64,000 bases of DNA from Candidatus Margulisiibacteriota bacterium. Lineage in GTDB: Bacteria; Margulisbacteria; Termititenacia; Termititenacales; Termititenacaceae. Made by a program: the position numbers and the translations under genes. The notes below the pieces were generated by a model that saw only the letters and a program-made list of their open reading frames with translations, ran no database searches and was not told where the DNA came from. The stretch's first letter is position 1. Each line of letters begins with the position of its first letter. The DNA lies in the NCBI GenBank assembly GCA_031274525.1, contig JAISQA010000025.1, positions 1,294-65,293 on the forward strand, in the 5' to 3' direction. Below, piece after piece: positions 1-8,528 of the stretch.

Positions 1-1209
1 CTAAACTCCCGGAAAGCGCTCTGGACAAAAAACAAAGCGGAGATCACGCCGGAAGAATATAATGATTTTTATAAACATATCGGCCACAGTTACGACACGC
101 CGCTGGAAATCATTCATTACACCGCGGAAGGCGCAAGTGAATTTAAGGCTCTGCTCTATATTCCGGAGCACGCGCCGTTTGACCTTTTCACCAAAGAATC
201 CGCGCTCGGCCTCAATCTTTACATCAAGCGCGTCTTTATTATGCACGACTGCAAAAAACTGATCCCGGAATATCTGCGTTTCCTGAAAGGCGTGGTGGAT
301 TCCAGCGACCTGCCGCTGAATGTCTCGCGGGAAATTCTGCAGGAAGACGCCCAGCTGGAAAAAATCAAAAAAAACATCACGAAAAAAGTCCTGAGCGTCT
401 TAAAAAATCTCAAAGAAAAAGATCCGGAAAAATATCTAAAGTTTTATCAGGAATTTGGCGCGGCGCTCAAAGAAGGCCTGCATTACGATTATGAAAACAA
501 AGACGCGCTGGCCGATCTGCTGCTTTTTGACACCAGCGCGGCGGCAGCCGGGCAATACCGCAGTCTGGCCGACTATGTCCAGCATATGCCCAAAGACCAA
601 AAAGATATTTATTATCTGATCAGCGAAACCCGCGCGCAGGCGCTGGCCTCGCCGCATCTGGGCGCGCTAAAAGCCAAAAATTACGAGGTGCTTTTTCTCC
701 ACGATGTCATTGATGAATTTGTCCTGCCCCAGCTTTATGAGTACAAAGGCAAAAAACTGCAGGCCATAGACAAAGCAGGGCTGGAGCTCGGCGACAAACA
801 AGCCAGTGCCGACAAAATCAAAGCCGCCGCGGAGAAATTCGGCGGTATTCTTACCCCGCTGAAATCCGCTCTGTCCGCTCAGGTGCAGGACGTGCGTTTT
901 TCTACCCGCCTGACCGACAGCGCCTGCTGCCTCACGGCGGACGAAAACGCCCTGTCCGCGCAAATGCAGAAGATGTTCAAAGCTATGGGGCAGGCCGTGC
1001 CGGAACAGAAAAAAATTCTGGAATTAAATCCCGACCATCCGCTGGTCCAGCTCCTGCCGCAGCTCGCGCAGAAATCCCCGGAAAAACTCCCAATTTATGC
1101 TAAAATGCTTTACGGGCAGGCGGTCATTGCCGAAGGCGGGAAACTGGACGATCCTCTGGAGTTTTCCCGGCAGCTCAATGAATTGCTGCTCAAAGCCGTG
1201 GAGGTCTAA
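1..1209 (+). CDS. htpG: Molecular chaperone HtpG (Hsp90), C-terminal ~400 aa; 5' end lies outside the window
   Basis: Frame 1 is open from nt 1. The translation ...ALWTKNKAEITPEEYNDFYKHIGHSYDTPLEIIHYTAEGASEFKALLYIPEHAPFDLF...LYIKRVFIMHDC continues into the listed ORF 241..1209 and matches HtpG middle and C-terminal domain signatures. Confidence 0.9.
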   Translation, partial: LNSRKALWTKNKAEITPEEYNDFYKHIGHSYDTPLEIIHYTAEGASEFKALLYIPEHAPFDLFTKESALGLNLYIKRVFIMHDCKKLIPEYLRFLKGVVDSSDLPLNVSREILQEDAQLEKIKKNITKKVLSVLKNLKEKDPEKYLKFYQEFGAALKEGLHYDYENKDALADLLLFDTSAAAAGQYRSLADYVQHMPKDQKDIYYLISETRAQALASPHLGALKAKNYEVLFLHDVIDEFVLPQLYEYKGKKLQAIDKAGLELGDKQASADKIKAAAEKFGGILTPLKSALSAQVQDVRFSTRLTDSACCLTADENALSAQMQKMFKAMGQAVPEQKKILELNPDHPLVQLLPQLAQKSPEKLPIYAKMLYGQAVIAEGGKLDDPLEFSRQLNELLLKAVEV

Positions 1210-1211
1210 AA

Positions 1212-2177
1212 ATGGAAGTCACCGCCGAAATATTATCCTCTCTCGAAAACAGCAAATTCAACGCCGACAACGACTTTGGCGCGCTGGAAGCCGCGCTGGA
1301 TCTGCTGCTCAAACAGGGTCAGGCAGTTTGGGACAAAGGCAGCAAAGAACGGGAGCTTTGGCTGGAACTGCTGTCCGGCGCTAAGGCGCTATCGCGGGAA
1401 GCCTGGCAAAAAAGCCCTGGACTGACCGCCATCGTTTGTTTTATGCAGGGCTGTCTGCTGCTCAGTCTGTCGCTGCTCAACGGCATAGGCCGCTCGCCGC
1501 TCGCCGTAAAAAAAGCCCCCGGCGGCTATACCGTAAAAATCCTGAGCAAGCTGCAGACTATCAAGCTGCAGTCCGGGCTCTTCGATCCGGAAACTGAAAA
1601 ATTACTGCGGGAATTTAAGCTGTCTTTTTTCGGCAAAGCGTTAAAGCCGGAATTTGGCAAAAACGATCTGGCTCTCATCAAGGGCGCCTTTGCGGAAACC
1701 GTGCTGCGTCTGAAACGCGAACAGGCTTTTATGGAGCGCATCGCCGAGGATCCGCTGCAAATATTCAAGGACAATATCGCCGGGGATGTTTTCGGCAACG
1801 GGGTGTTTTTAATCATCTCCGCCCTGCCGGCCGAGACCATGAATGCCCTGCTGCTGAATATCGGCTCCTTTCTGCCCGGCGAGCTGGAAGAAGTGAATGA
1901 AGACCATTTTTCCGTCAATGTCCGTGCCTATCTGACGACCAGCACGCAGGATTTGCACGAGCTTTTTAAGAAAACCCGGCTGCTGCTCAAGCTCTATCTC
2001 GGCCGCCAGAATGAAGTCCTCGCGATTATCATCAAGGATAAATTACAGGATTTTTTCTGTCAATTGCTGGCGGACGGTTTTGTCCAGAAGCAGATCAATA
2101 CGCATCTGCGGGACACCGCGCGGGAACAATGCGGCCTGCGCATCAAAGTGCTGGACGGGCTGGCCAAACTTCTGTGA
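1212..2177 (+). CDS. Hypothetical alpha-helical protein (321 aa)
   Basis: Long ORF immediately downstream of htpG on the same strand. No recognisable motif. Confidence 0.5.
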   Translation: MEVTAEILSSLENSKFNADNDFGALEAALDLLLKQGQAVWDKGSKERELWLELLSGAKALSREAWQKSPGLTAIVCFMQGCLLLSLSLLNGIGRSPLAVKKAPGGYTVKILSKLQTIKLQSGLFDPETEKLLREFKLSFFGKALKPEFGKNDLALIKGAFAETVLRLKREQAFMERIAEDPLQIFKDNIAGDVFGNGVFLIISALPAETMNALLLNIGSFLPGELEEVNEDHFSVNVRAYLTTSTQDLHELFKKTRLLLKLYLGRQNEVLAIIIKDKLQDFFCQLLADGFVQKQINTHLRDTAREQCGLRIKVLDGLAKLL

Positions 2178-3487
2178 AAAAATATGATCTAATCGTCATC
2201 GGCGCCGGCCCCGGCGGCTATGCAGCGGCGGCGCACGCGGCCCTGAACGGACTAAAAACTCTGCTGGTCGAAAAACAGCATTTAGGCGGCGCCTGTTTAA
2301 ACAGCGGCTGTATTCCGGTCAAAACTCTGCTGAACGCCGCGCATTTTTTGCAAAAAATCCGGAAAGCCAGTTTGTTCAATATCAAAGTCGAGCGGGCGGA
2401 GCTGGACTTCGCCGGACTTATCGACCGCAAAGACCGGCTGGCCAAACGGCTGCAAAAAGGCATCGCCAATCTGTTACAAAGCAGCGGCGTGGAAACGGTA
2501 TTCGGCACGGCGGAATTACTGCCGGGAAAGACAGTATCCGTGGCGCTGGACAGCGAGCATGGCCGAACCGTCCGCCAATACACCGCGGATAATATCATTC
2601 TGGCCACCGGGTCTGTGCCGGGGACTCTGCCAGGTATTGCTACTGACGGCGCATGGCTGTTGAACTCCAGTCAGCTGCTCGATCGTAAAACTATCCCGGC
2701 CAGTCTGGCCATCATCGGCGCGGGGGTTATCGGTCTGGAATTTGCGGATATTTACAGCCGTCTGGGCTGTCAGGTCACGCTCATCGATATCCTCGACCGG
2801 CTTTTACCCGGCGAAGACCGCGAGGCTGTCGAAATCATGCAAAAAAGTTTGCAGCGCGCGGGGTGTACTTTCAGGCTGGCCAGTAAAATAGCCAAAATCG
2901 AGAACCGGACTATATTTCTCTCCGGCGGACAGACTGTCGCCGCCGAACTCTGTCTGCTGGCCGCCGGACGCAAAATAGACACCGGCTATATTCAGGACAG
3001 CGCCCTGCTGAAAAATTCTAAAGGAATCCCGCAGGTCAATGAATTTTTCCAGACCAGCGTGCCGGGAATTTATGCCATCGGCGACATCAACAATATAGCG
3101 CTGTACGCCCACGCCGCAACTTATCAGGGCTTATGCGTCGTAAATAATTTACTCCCTGAGGCCGGCGGGCCCAATAAGCACAGTGCAGTTATGCCCAGAG
3201 TTATTTTCACCGCGCCGCAGATCGCCAGCGTCGGTCAGTACACCGCTGATTATAAAAAAATCCCTGTCGCGCTCCTCGGCCGGGCGCAGACCGAGGGTCA
3301 GACCGAAGGTTTCTTAAAATTATTCTTAGCTGAGAATAATTCTATTGCAGGCTGCGTTATTGTTTCCGAAAATGCCGACGCGCTCATCGGCGAGGCGGTG
3401 GCCCTCGTCAATACCCGCACAAAATACAGCGACCTCCAGAAGATGATCCACCCGCACCCGAGCTGGGCGGAAATATTTATACTTTAA
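2174..3487 (+). CDS. lpd: Dihydrolipoyl dehydrogenase-like class I pyridine nucleotide-disulfide oxidoreductase
   Basis: Probable GTG start at 2174 gives MKKYDLIVIGAGPGGY (FAD GxGxxG). Redox-active CLNSGC disulfide motif and a C-terminal HPHPSWAE His-Glu motif are present. Confidence 0.8.
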   Translation: MKKYDLIVIGAGPGGYAAAAHAALNGLKTLLVEKQHLGGACLNSGCIPVKTLLNAAHFLQKIRKASLFNIKVERAELDFAGLIDRKDRLAKRLQKGIANLLQSSGVETVFGTAELLPGKTVSVALDSEHGRTVRQYTADNIILATGSVPGTLPGIATDGAWLLNSSQLLDRKTIPASLAIIGAGVIGLEFADIYSRLGCQVTLIDILDRLLPGEDREAVEIMQKSLQRAGCTFRLASKIAKIENRTIFLSGGQTVAAELCLLAAGRKIDTGYIQDSALLKNSKGIPQVNEFFQTSVPGIYAIGDINNIALYAHAATYQGLCVVNNLLPEAGGPNKHSAVMPRVIFTAPQIASVGQYTADYKKIPVALLGRAQTEGQTEGFLKLFLAENNSIAGCVIVSENADALIGEAVALVNTRTKYSDLQKMIHPHPSWAEIFIL

Positions 3488-3513
3488 GCGCAGACCCTCT
3501 GCGTTTTATTTTA
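3488..3513 (+). terminator. Rho-independent terminator after lpd
   Basis: Hairpin cgcag-accct-ctgcg followed by TTTTATTTTA. Confidence 0.55.
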
Positions 3514-3516
3514 ATT

Positions 3517-6018
3517 TCAGGGATTTAAATAATATCTATCCGTCAGCAGCTCAGTCAACATTACGTCGTCCTTGAATAATTCCAGCACGGCGGTATAAAG
3601 TTCCAGACCGGTCATTTGTTTATCCGCTCCGGGATCCAGCATTTCTGCAATCAGCTGCGTAATTTTCGGAAATAAATTTTTGGCTTCCAGATACTGGATA
3701 GCCGCCTGAACAAAAGGAATACTTTTATTTTTCATGCTCAGATCGACCTGGCCTAACGCCAGCAAAATACAGGCAATGACCGGATTGCCGGCCATATCGC
3801 CGCAAATTTCTACTGGTTTGCCTCTAGCCTTGCTCTGCTGGATAATCGTGCGGATAGTATCCAGCACGCCATACTGCAGGCCGTCCAGACTGCTGATGTC
3901 TTTACGTTCTTTCTTGCCCACAATAGACATAGTTAAATCGTTCGAGCCGATGCTGACGCAATCCACAGCCTTTAAAATAGCGCCCAGAGAGGCCACCGCG
4001 CCGGGAGTCTCGATCATTACTCCCTCCCGCACTTTGGCCTGTGGAAATTCCGCCTGCAGCGGGGCAAAGAAAACCGCGTGATAATTGTCCAGCTCCTCCT
4101 TGCTCCGGATCATGGGATAAATAATCTCCAGCTGCGCCGCAGGCTGCTCCGCGGCCAGCATAAAGATCGCCCGCATGTACTCGGCCTGCGCCTCCCGGAC
4201 TGCCTGATTCTGGGGTAAAAAAAGATATTCATAAATAGTCTGACCCGGCAAAATCGCCGGCAGGTCGTTGATCGGCTCTTTATCCCGCCCTTCATCCAGC
4301 GTCCGGAAGGTTATGCCTGCGGGATGACTTTTTAAGGCCGCGCGTAAAATCCCCAGCCATTCCCGGCTGTTCAAGATCCGCCCCTGAGCCGAGAGCTCAA
4401 ATTCCATACGAAATAAGCCGATGCTGTCTGTATAATTTTGCAGAGCCGGCTCCTGATCTTTTTCTTTTCGGTTCGCGGTGTTTTCTTTTAATTTAGTCGG
4501 GCGGCTACCCGCGGTCAGTTTAACCCCTTTATAAAACTGCTGGCTAAAATACCCGGAAATCGCTCCGCTGCGGGCGGCGTTTTCTGCTAATACGACCAGA
4601 TCTTCCGGCCCAGGATTGATCAGCAGTCTGCTGCCGTAAAAAGCAGTCTGCGCGCCGCGGCTGATGTATTGCATAATCGAGGGCGGCAGGCCGACCAGCA
4701 GGGGAAAATCCAGTCCGTCAGCCACAATATAGGCGTGCGATTGATCGGAGGCGCCCAGAGCCACTGCGCCGGAGACAGCGCCGTGCTCGATATAATTATA
4801 GATCTGGGTGCTGGATATATCCTGCCCGAAAACGACAGACCCCGGATGGATCTGCTGTTCTTCCCCGTAAACAAAGGACTTACGGATAAACCGCAAATAG
4901 TTCAAAGGAATCTTTAGCGTGTCTGCGGCTTTGGAGTCCGGCATAAGCGCAACACTGCTCTCATATTTTTGAATATATTTATTGATCGTTTCCCAGGGGG
5001 TGACGGTTGAATCTGCCAGCAGTTTAACATTCAGACTGGCAAAAATACTTATTTCCGAAAAAACCCGAAACGGCTCTTTCTCCTGGATATACGCGCCCAG
5101 ATATTTGGTCAGGATCTCACCCGCCTCTACAGAGGACTCTCCGCGCACTGTCTCCAGCAGCTCTGCCAGACAATCAGCCACATTGATCTGCACATTATCC
5201 GGCAGATGAGACAGCTGCTGCCGACAATATTCTCGAAAAGAATATTCCACTGCTGCCTGTAAATAACTGACCGCTTTTTGTTTGACATAATCCGGGAGCT
5301 GCTCCAGATCATCCTGAGTAAGTTCGCTCTCTTTCCAGGCCCTGCCGTAAATCACCTTTTCGCCAAAATAGGGTTTGGGCAGAGCTATTTCGACCATGCC
5401 CTGATCCAGACTAAGTTTATAAGCCTGTAACGCTATCGCCCGGATATCCTCTATTCTCTGGCGCCGGTCAGGATTGGCCTGCAGCTCATACGGCGTATTT
5501 GACCGCAAAAGCAGGACGGACTCTTCCCACTCTGCCTCCGGCGCGCCTCCTTGAGGAATTTTCCCCAGAACTATGAACAGCAGGTGCTGGGCGGGATCGA
5601 GGCGGGAAGGTATTTCCAGAAAACGCACTCTACCGTCCACGCTCTGATACCAGTGTATATCGTCCGGAACATCCACCCATGCGCCCGGAATTGCCCCTTT
5701 GCAGGCAGAATCTATTTCTACAAATCTGGCAAAAACATATTCTTCCGGCTTTTCCGGATCAGCCGGTCTGCTGGTTTTGGCATTCATCGTGTGCAGATTG
5801 GTCTTAAAATTCCGCCAGCCGTTACGGCCGAGAGTATAGCGTTCACTGCTTTTAATCACACTGCCTTTGAAGCCGCGGTCAAACTCATTGCTGATCTGTT
5901 CCGTCTCAATATCCAGAATAGTATCCGTCGAGTAAACATATTTTTCACCTCTGTACGGCTCCAGTAAGGCGGCTCTACTCTGCGCTACATCGTTTTGGGC
6001 CAGAATTTTATAAAACAT
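3517..6018 (-). CDS. PEP-utilizing enzyme family protein (phosphohistidine domain plus C-terminal PEP-binding TIM barrel) with an atypical ~400 aa N-terminal region
   Basis: C-terminal ...CVSIGSNDLTMSIVGKKERKD...ICGDMAGNP... is the PEP-utilizers_C signature. SHAYIVADGLDFPLLVGL resembles the mobile phospho-His domain. The N-terminus is neither PPDK ATP-grasp nor EI HPr-binding type. Confidence 0.65.
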   Translation of the reverse strand: MFYKILAQNDVAQSRAALLEPYRGEKYVYSTDTILDIETEQISNEFDRGFKGSVIKSSERYTLGRNGWRNFKTNLHTMNAKTSRPADPEKPEEYVFARFVEIDSACKGAIPGAWVDVPDDIHWYQSVDGRVRFLEIPSRLDPAQHLLFIVLGKIPQGGAPEAEWEESVLLLRSNTPYELQANPDRRQRIEDIRAIALQAYKLSLDQGMVEIALPKPYFGEKVIYGRAWKESELTQDDLEQLPDYVKQKAVSYLQAAVEYSFREYCRQQLSHLPDNVQINVADCLAELLETVRGESSVEAGEILTKYLGAYIQEKEPFRVFSEISIFASLNVKLLADSTVTPWETINKYIQKYESSVALMPDSKAADTLKIPLNYLRFIRKSFVYGEEQQIHPGSVVFGQDISSTQIYNYIEHGAVSGAVALGASDQSHAYIVADGLDFPLLVGLPPSIMQYISRGAQTAFYGSRLLINPGPEDLVVLAENAARSGAISGYFSQQFYKGVKLTAGSRPTKLKENTANRKEKDQEPALQNYTDSIGLFRMEFELSAQGRILNSREWLGILRAALKSHPAGITFRTLDEGRDKEPINDLPAILPGQTIYEYLFLPQNQAVREAQAEYMRAIFMLAAEQPAAQLEIIYPMIRSKEELDNYHAVFFAPLQAEFPQAKVREGVMIETPGAVASLGAILKAVDCVSIGSNDLTMSIVGKKERKDISSLDGLQYGVLDTIRTIIQQSKARGKPVEICGDMAGNPVIACILLALGQVDLSMKNKSIPFVQAAIQYLEAKNLFPKITQLIAEMLDPGADKQMTGLELYTAVLELFKDDVMLTELLTDRYYLNP

Positions 6019-6146
6019 TTATCCCTTCTTTATTTACGGTATGTCTATACAATACCCTGTTTTGCTAAAAATATATCGTAAGTTTCCGGGTAAAATTGCA
6101 CAAAACAACCTTTTCCCGCAGACTACTTTACTGCTATACTACACAC

Positions 6147-6179
6147 CGGTTTCGGGGTGTGGCGCAGCTGGTAGCGTGC
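6147..6179 (+). repeat. attL: 33-bp direct repeat identical to the 5' end of tRNA-Pro plus 6 upstream nt
   Basis: cggtttcggggtgtggcgcagctggtagcgtgc is identical to 13662..13694. The sequences diverge immediately after. Confidence 0.8.
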
Positions 6180-6191
6180 TATCAACTTTAC

Positions 6192-6326
6192 TTGCGCATC
6201 ACCGAACAATTGCGCAAAGACATTCAGGATATGGCCCTTAAAGAGGAGCGCACGCTTAGCTCTATGACATACAAAATTCTAAAAGAATGGGTTAAATCCT
6301 ACAAGGAGAGCAAAAATGCCCGTTAA
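6192..6326 (+). CDS. Small ribbon-helix-helix (Arc/CopG-like) protein, paralog 1; start uncertain (TTG 6192 or ATG 6231)
   Basis: C-terminal ...RTLSSMTYKILKEWVKSYKE is paralogous to the downstream RHH ORF. The frame is open across the att core. Confidence 0.35.
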   Translation: MRITEQLRKDIQDMALKEERTLSSMTYKILKEWVKSYKESKNAR

Positions 6327-6477
6327 AAGGAAAAAAGTACTGGCCGTGGCCACCACCGAGGAAGTATTAAGCAGGCTAACGGACATTGCTACCAAAGATG
6401 ACCGCTCCATCAGCTTCCTTATACACAAGGCTATAGAGGAATGGCTGGAAAATCACCCGGAAAATACACAATCTTAG
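6316..6477 (+). CDS. Small ribbon-helix-helix (CopG/Arc-like) DNA-binding protein, paralog 2 (53 aa; below the ORF-track size cutoff)
   Basis: ATG at 6316 is preceded by an AGGAG RBS. Translation MPVKRKKVLAVATTEEVLSRLTDIATKDDRSISFLIHKAIEEWLENHPENTQS shows a beta-strand plus two-helix pattern. Confidence 0.45.
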   Translation: MPVKRKKVLAVATTEEVLSRLTDIATKDDRSISFLIHKAIEEWLENHPENTQS

Positions 6478-6490
6478 TTAAGGGGGATTT

Positions 6491-6787
6491 ATGGAAGTTT
6501 TGGCTGCAATCGTATTTTATATTTTTTTCTCCTGGCTTCATAAAACATTTTTTAGCAAGTGTCATTTGATTGCGCAAGTACTGATGACCGTTTGGGGGTG
6601 GGGAGTGGCCGCCTCCTTTTATTATGTTCCTGACCTGCTGGAGAAGGGGATAGACCCGTTAAGGATTATAGTTACGATGGGCGTCCTACCGCTTATTCCG
6701 GTCGGCTTTACTGCGTGCGCTGCCCTGATAAATGAGCTTATCAACAAGTATCTCGATAATATCAAACATATCCAGCCAAAACCTTAG
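6491..6787 (+). CDS. Small integral membrane protein (3 predicted TM segments), hypothetical
   Basis: Hydrophobic stretches IVFYIFFSWL, VWGWGVAASFYYV and GVLPLIPVGFTACAALI. A GGGG RBS lies upstream. Confidence 0.45.
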   Translation: MEVLAAIVFYIFFSWLHKTFFSKCHLIAQVLMTVWGWGVAASFYYVPDLLEKGIDPLRIIVTMGVLPLIPVGFTACAALINELINKYLDNIKHIQPKP

Positions 6788-6803
6788 TCCGCGCGGCTTA
6801 TCC

Positions 6804-7697
6804 TTACGCCTGCATCAGCCTGCCGGGCCTCCCGGCCTTATTGCGCAGATAGATTATCTCATCGCGGCGCGCCTGCGTTGTCCCCGGAGCCATATACTCC
6901 TCTTTCAGCTGTGCATCGGAAGGCAGGGAACCGAGAGCCGATAAATCCCCGCTCGGAATATCCATGGAGCTGCCGCCCGTCATATCCTTGAGCTTATGTA
7001 TTAAGTTGACCATACTGGCTCCCCTTGTGTCCATGAGCTGGCGCAATACACCCCTGTCCTCATCGCCAAGAATATGCAGATTATCTACAAAATTACGCGC
7101 CTCGGCGATTATCTTATTGGCGTCATTACCTAGCTTCCTCTTTTCGCTTTCAATGAATTTCTGCGCGTCTATATATCTCTGTTCGTCCGTCCGGGTATCC
7201 AGATAGCCGATACCCTCCAGTATTTTCAAAATACTCGACGTGACAACGCTGGCCTGCTCTTTATTCATACCTACGCTGTGATACGCCCTGGAAAGTGTGG
7301 ACGGCAACTTCTCGATGAGTTTGGACTTTTCGTTATCCTTCTCGAAAAAAGGCAAGAACTTTTCATCGGGCGCATAGTCCTGAAAGTACTCACTGTCTTT
7401 AGCCGGAGCGGTACCTTTAGAAATCGTGCGGCGTAAATCGAGGAGCCGCTTTTCGTAATTTTCTTTCTCTGTTTTAGTTTTATTAAAAAACTTTTCAGCG
7501 GCCTTTTCATCAAATTGACCGTCCTCAAACAGCGGCTCCCACGGCTTTCCCGCTACATCGAGGGTAACGGGAGCAGGAGAAGGATTATCACCACTATCAG
7601 TAGCGGCAGGATTATCAGCAGCCCCGCCCCCCCCTGCCGGATTTCCATCTCCCTCGCCTTCAACTGGAGATAATGTTGTTCCCTGTTCTTCATTCAT
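6804..7697 (-). CDS. Putative phage capsid scaffolding-like protein (acidic, helical)
   Basis: Likely start MNEEQG at 7697 with an AAGGAAGGGG RBS. G/P/D-rich acidic N-terminus followed by charged helical repeats. It sits where a scaffold gene would be in the terS-terL-portal-scaffold order. Confidence 0.35.
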   Translation of the reverse strand: MNEEQGTTLSPVEGEGDGNPAGGGGAADNPAATDSGDNPSPAPVTLDVAGKPWEPLFEDGQFDEKAAEKFFNKTKTEKENYEKRLLDLRRTISKGTAPAKDSEYFQDYAPDEKFLPFFEKDNEKSKLIEKLPSTLSRAYHSVGMNKEQASVVTSSILKILEGIGYLDTRTDEQRYIDAQKFIESEKRKLGNDANKIIAEARNFVDNLHILGDEDRGVLRQLMDTRGASMVNLIHKLKDMTGGSSMDIPSGDLSALGSLPSDAQLKEEYMAPGTTQARRDEIIYLRNKAGRPGRLMQA

Positions 7698-7698
7698 A

Positions 7699-8058
7699 TT
7701 AACCCCTTCCTTGCTGTAATTTTTGTGCCAGAGCCTCAAACGGCGGCTCACCTAAAACCTTTTTCCTTAAATCATCTATCTGCTCCTGCGCACGCCCGGA
7801 AATATTTTCCCCTTCCTGAATAAGCGGCAATATCTGCTCGGCGTGTGCCCCGGCTTCCTTCTCCGTAACAAAAACATGAGCAAATTCTACATAATCAGTT
7901 TTGACGCCTACAAGAATCTTTGCCAGAAGATAGCCCGATGTCGCCAGTGTATAACCGCATAGCGTACCCTTAGACACGGTCACGCCTTCCAGAACGCCAT
8001 TATTTTTTACTATTTTAGTAAAATAAATCTCACTCCCAATATCAAATAATTTACTCAT
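7699..8058 (-). CDS. Hypothetical phage protein (119 aa)
   Basis: ORF within the packaging/head gene block. Confidence 0.4.
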   Translation of the reverse strand: MSKLFDIGSEIYFTKIVKNNGVLEGVTVSKGTLCGYTLATSGYLLAKILVGVKTDYVEFAHVFVTEKEAGAHAEQILPLIQEGENISGRAQEQIDDLRKKVLGEPPFEALAQKLQQGRG

Positions 8059-8257
8059 CGTCTTTTACTTCCTTTCTTTTACGCCTGCGTCCAATGGCCC
8101 TGGTCGGGTCTGTACCATGGACGTCTTTAATAGCCTTTGCCGCTACCAGTTTCGCGTAATATTCCTGCGTGGCCTTACAAATCGTCGGTTTTATTTCGTT
8201 TGGCAGATTAGATGCCTGTATTTTGGCAATCACCAGAGTTAAATCAAAAAATAACAT
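8051..8257 (-). CDS. Hypothetical small basic phage protein (68 aa)
   Basis: ORF in the operon. C-terminal RRRKRKEVKDDE. Confidence 0.3.
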   Translation of the reverse strand: MLFFDLTLVIAKIQASNLPNEIKPTICKATQEYYAKLVAAKAIKDVHGTDPTRAIGRRRKRKEVKDDE

Positions 8258-8261
8258 ACTC

Positions 8262-8528
8262 TCACCCCTTTTCGTTTTTAGCTTTTTCCAGAATATCTTT
8301 GATATGGGAAACCATTTGCTGTTGACCTATTTTTGTAAAAGTAAAATTCACATTATCATAGCTGGGAAACCCGTTTCCGCTGAACCATTCCAGATATTCA
8401 ATAACTCCCTTACCGGCATCAGAATTGAAGACCTTTAAAACCTTAGCGCGGACGTCCAGCGCCCATTGTGCCCTTTCCGTCATTCTATTCTGGCCATTCC
8501 CCGTTATATTATGGTTGTTTTTCTGCAC
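8262..8528 (-). CDS. Hypothetical phage protein (88 aa)
   Basis: ORF in the operon immediately downstream of the portal gene. Confidence 0.35.
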   Translation of the reverse strand: MQKNNHNITGNGQNRMTERAQWALDVRAKVLKVFNSDAGKGVIEYLEWFSGNGFPSYDNVNFTFTKIGQQQMVSHIKDILEKAKNEKG

